NCBI GenBank assembly: GCA_001724265.1
Contig: MEDY01000244.1
Coordinates: 1 to 45,853 of the forward strand
DNA length: 45,853 nucleotides
Reading direction: 5' to 3'
Origin: Rhizaria sp. SCN 62-66
Taxonomy: Eukaryota
This document shows positions 45,053 to 45,853 of this stretch, in pieces (the stretch's first letter is position 1; each line of letters opens with the position of its first letter). Made by a program: the position numbers and the translations under genes. The notes beneath the pieces are model-generated. The model saw only the letters and a program-made list of their open reading frames with translations. It was not told where the DNA came from and did no database searches.

Positions 45053-45853
45053 AGCTAAACTCAAACTTTCGAAATCGAAAGCAAACGAAAACATCGCCTA
45101 TCGCAGATTATTTGTGAATTATTCATATAATATTATGTATCTATAGTATCTCTGATATGTTTTTGTTGTTATGATGTGTATTTTACACACTCGGAAGACA
45201 GATGTGCCGCTTTTCGTTCACACACAGCTAAACTATGAGTTTGTTCGTTTCAGGCACACGTAGAAGAACATTTACACTAAATGCTTGTTTTCTAGTGTTA
45301 TTTTTTATTTCACCAAAAGGCAACCTGTATTATTGTGATGTCTTAAGTTCAAAAAGTCCAGCTCACGTTTTCTTTCGTTTTGTCAGCAACGCGGTGTCCG
45401 CACGTGCTGTGATGTTATGAGGATTCCAGCTTTTCTTTTTGTTTCGCACGGGAAGTCATGATGTTCTGAGATGCATATGTCACACACACGTGGGTATATT
45501 TACTCAAAAAGATATCTTTATAGTCAAGTGTAGCTCTCATTCATTGTTAAAATCACTGCAAAGTACACTTTTTCGTCAAAATGTGTGCGTTTTTGTTTTG
45601 TTCTCTTATCATCTTCGCCTCGATGCAAGTGCCTCATTAGCTCGTACTTTCGTTGTCTTCGCGTTGATCTTTGTTTACCTCCCACTATATCTGTATTGCT
45701 TACGCCGCGGATTTTATTGCGCGGTTCGCAAACATTCAACTCACAGCAATGTCCGTATGTAACCCCTATGTAGCGTCAACTAAAAAACGCCAAAAACGCA
45801 GTTTTCGGCAGGTAACTTCCACAATAGAAATCTCTGTGAAATAATCGTCAAAG

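Noticed and set aside
43-45117. Numerous overlapping antisense and alternative-frame ORFs (e.g. 10100..11998 +, 7520..8680 +, 20476..21666 +, 37719..38783 -)
   Set aside because: Shadow ORFs expected from very high GC and GCN-rich codons; no recognisable motifs.
16460-45853. tRNA (especially a CUA suppressor), other ncRNA, CRISPR array or transposon in the AT-rich spacers (16460-17470, 22140-22960, 34310-35420, 45053-45853)
   Set aside because: By eye I found no cloverleaf, repeat-spacer array, terminal repeats or transposase/RT motifs. A tRNAscan-SE/Infernal run is needed to be certain.

Overview
Gene-dense eukaryotic (probably protist) nuclear DNA. GC-rich, Ala/Ser-rich coding blocks alternate with short AT-rich spacers and 127-217 nt GT-AG introns, and all seven intron donors begin GTAC. 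Eight protein-coding genes can be modelled: a giant ankyrin-repeat protein running off the left edge, DDX47/Rrp3 helicase, SGT1 co-chaperone, a PKG-like cyclic-nucleotide kinase, a ~2100 aa RING protein with C-terminal SIM-like motifs, an RJL-like GTPase fused to an auxilin-type J-domain, a YhhN/TMEM86 membrane protein, and a ~3100 aa PH-like-domain protein. The main signal is a probable non-standard nuclear genetic code. Several ORFs the track lists as separate are in frame with each other and broken only by single TAG codons (six in total: 20016, 23327, 23753, 27843, 28674, 28830, all minus strand). Two of these sit at the head of Gln repeats (TAG-(CAG)9 and TAG-GCG-CAG-GCG-CAA). All seven visible gene ends use TAA (5) or TGA (2), never TAG. 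This points to UAG=Gln with UAA/UGA kept as stops. It is an inference from sequence alone and needs genome-wide and proteomic confirmation.
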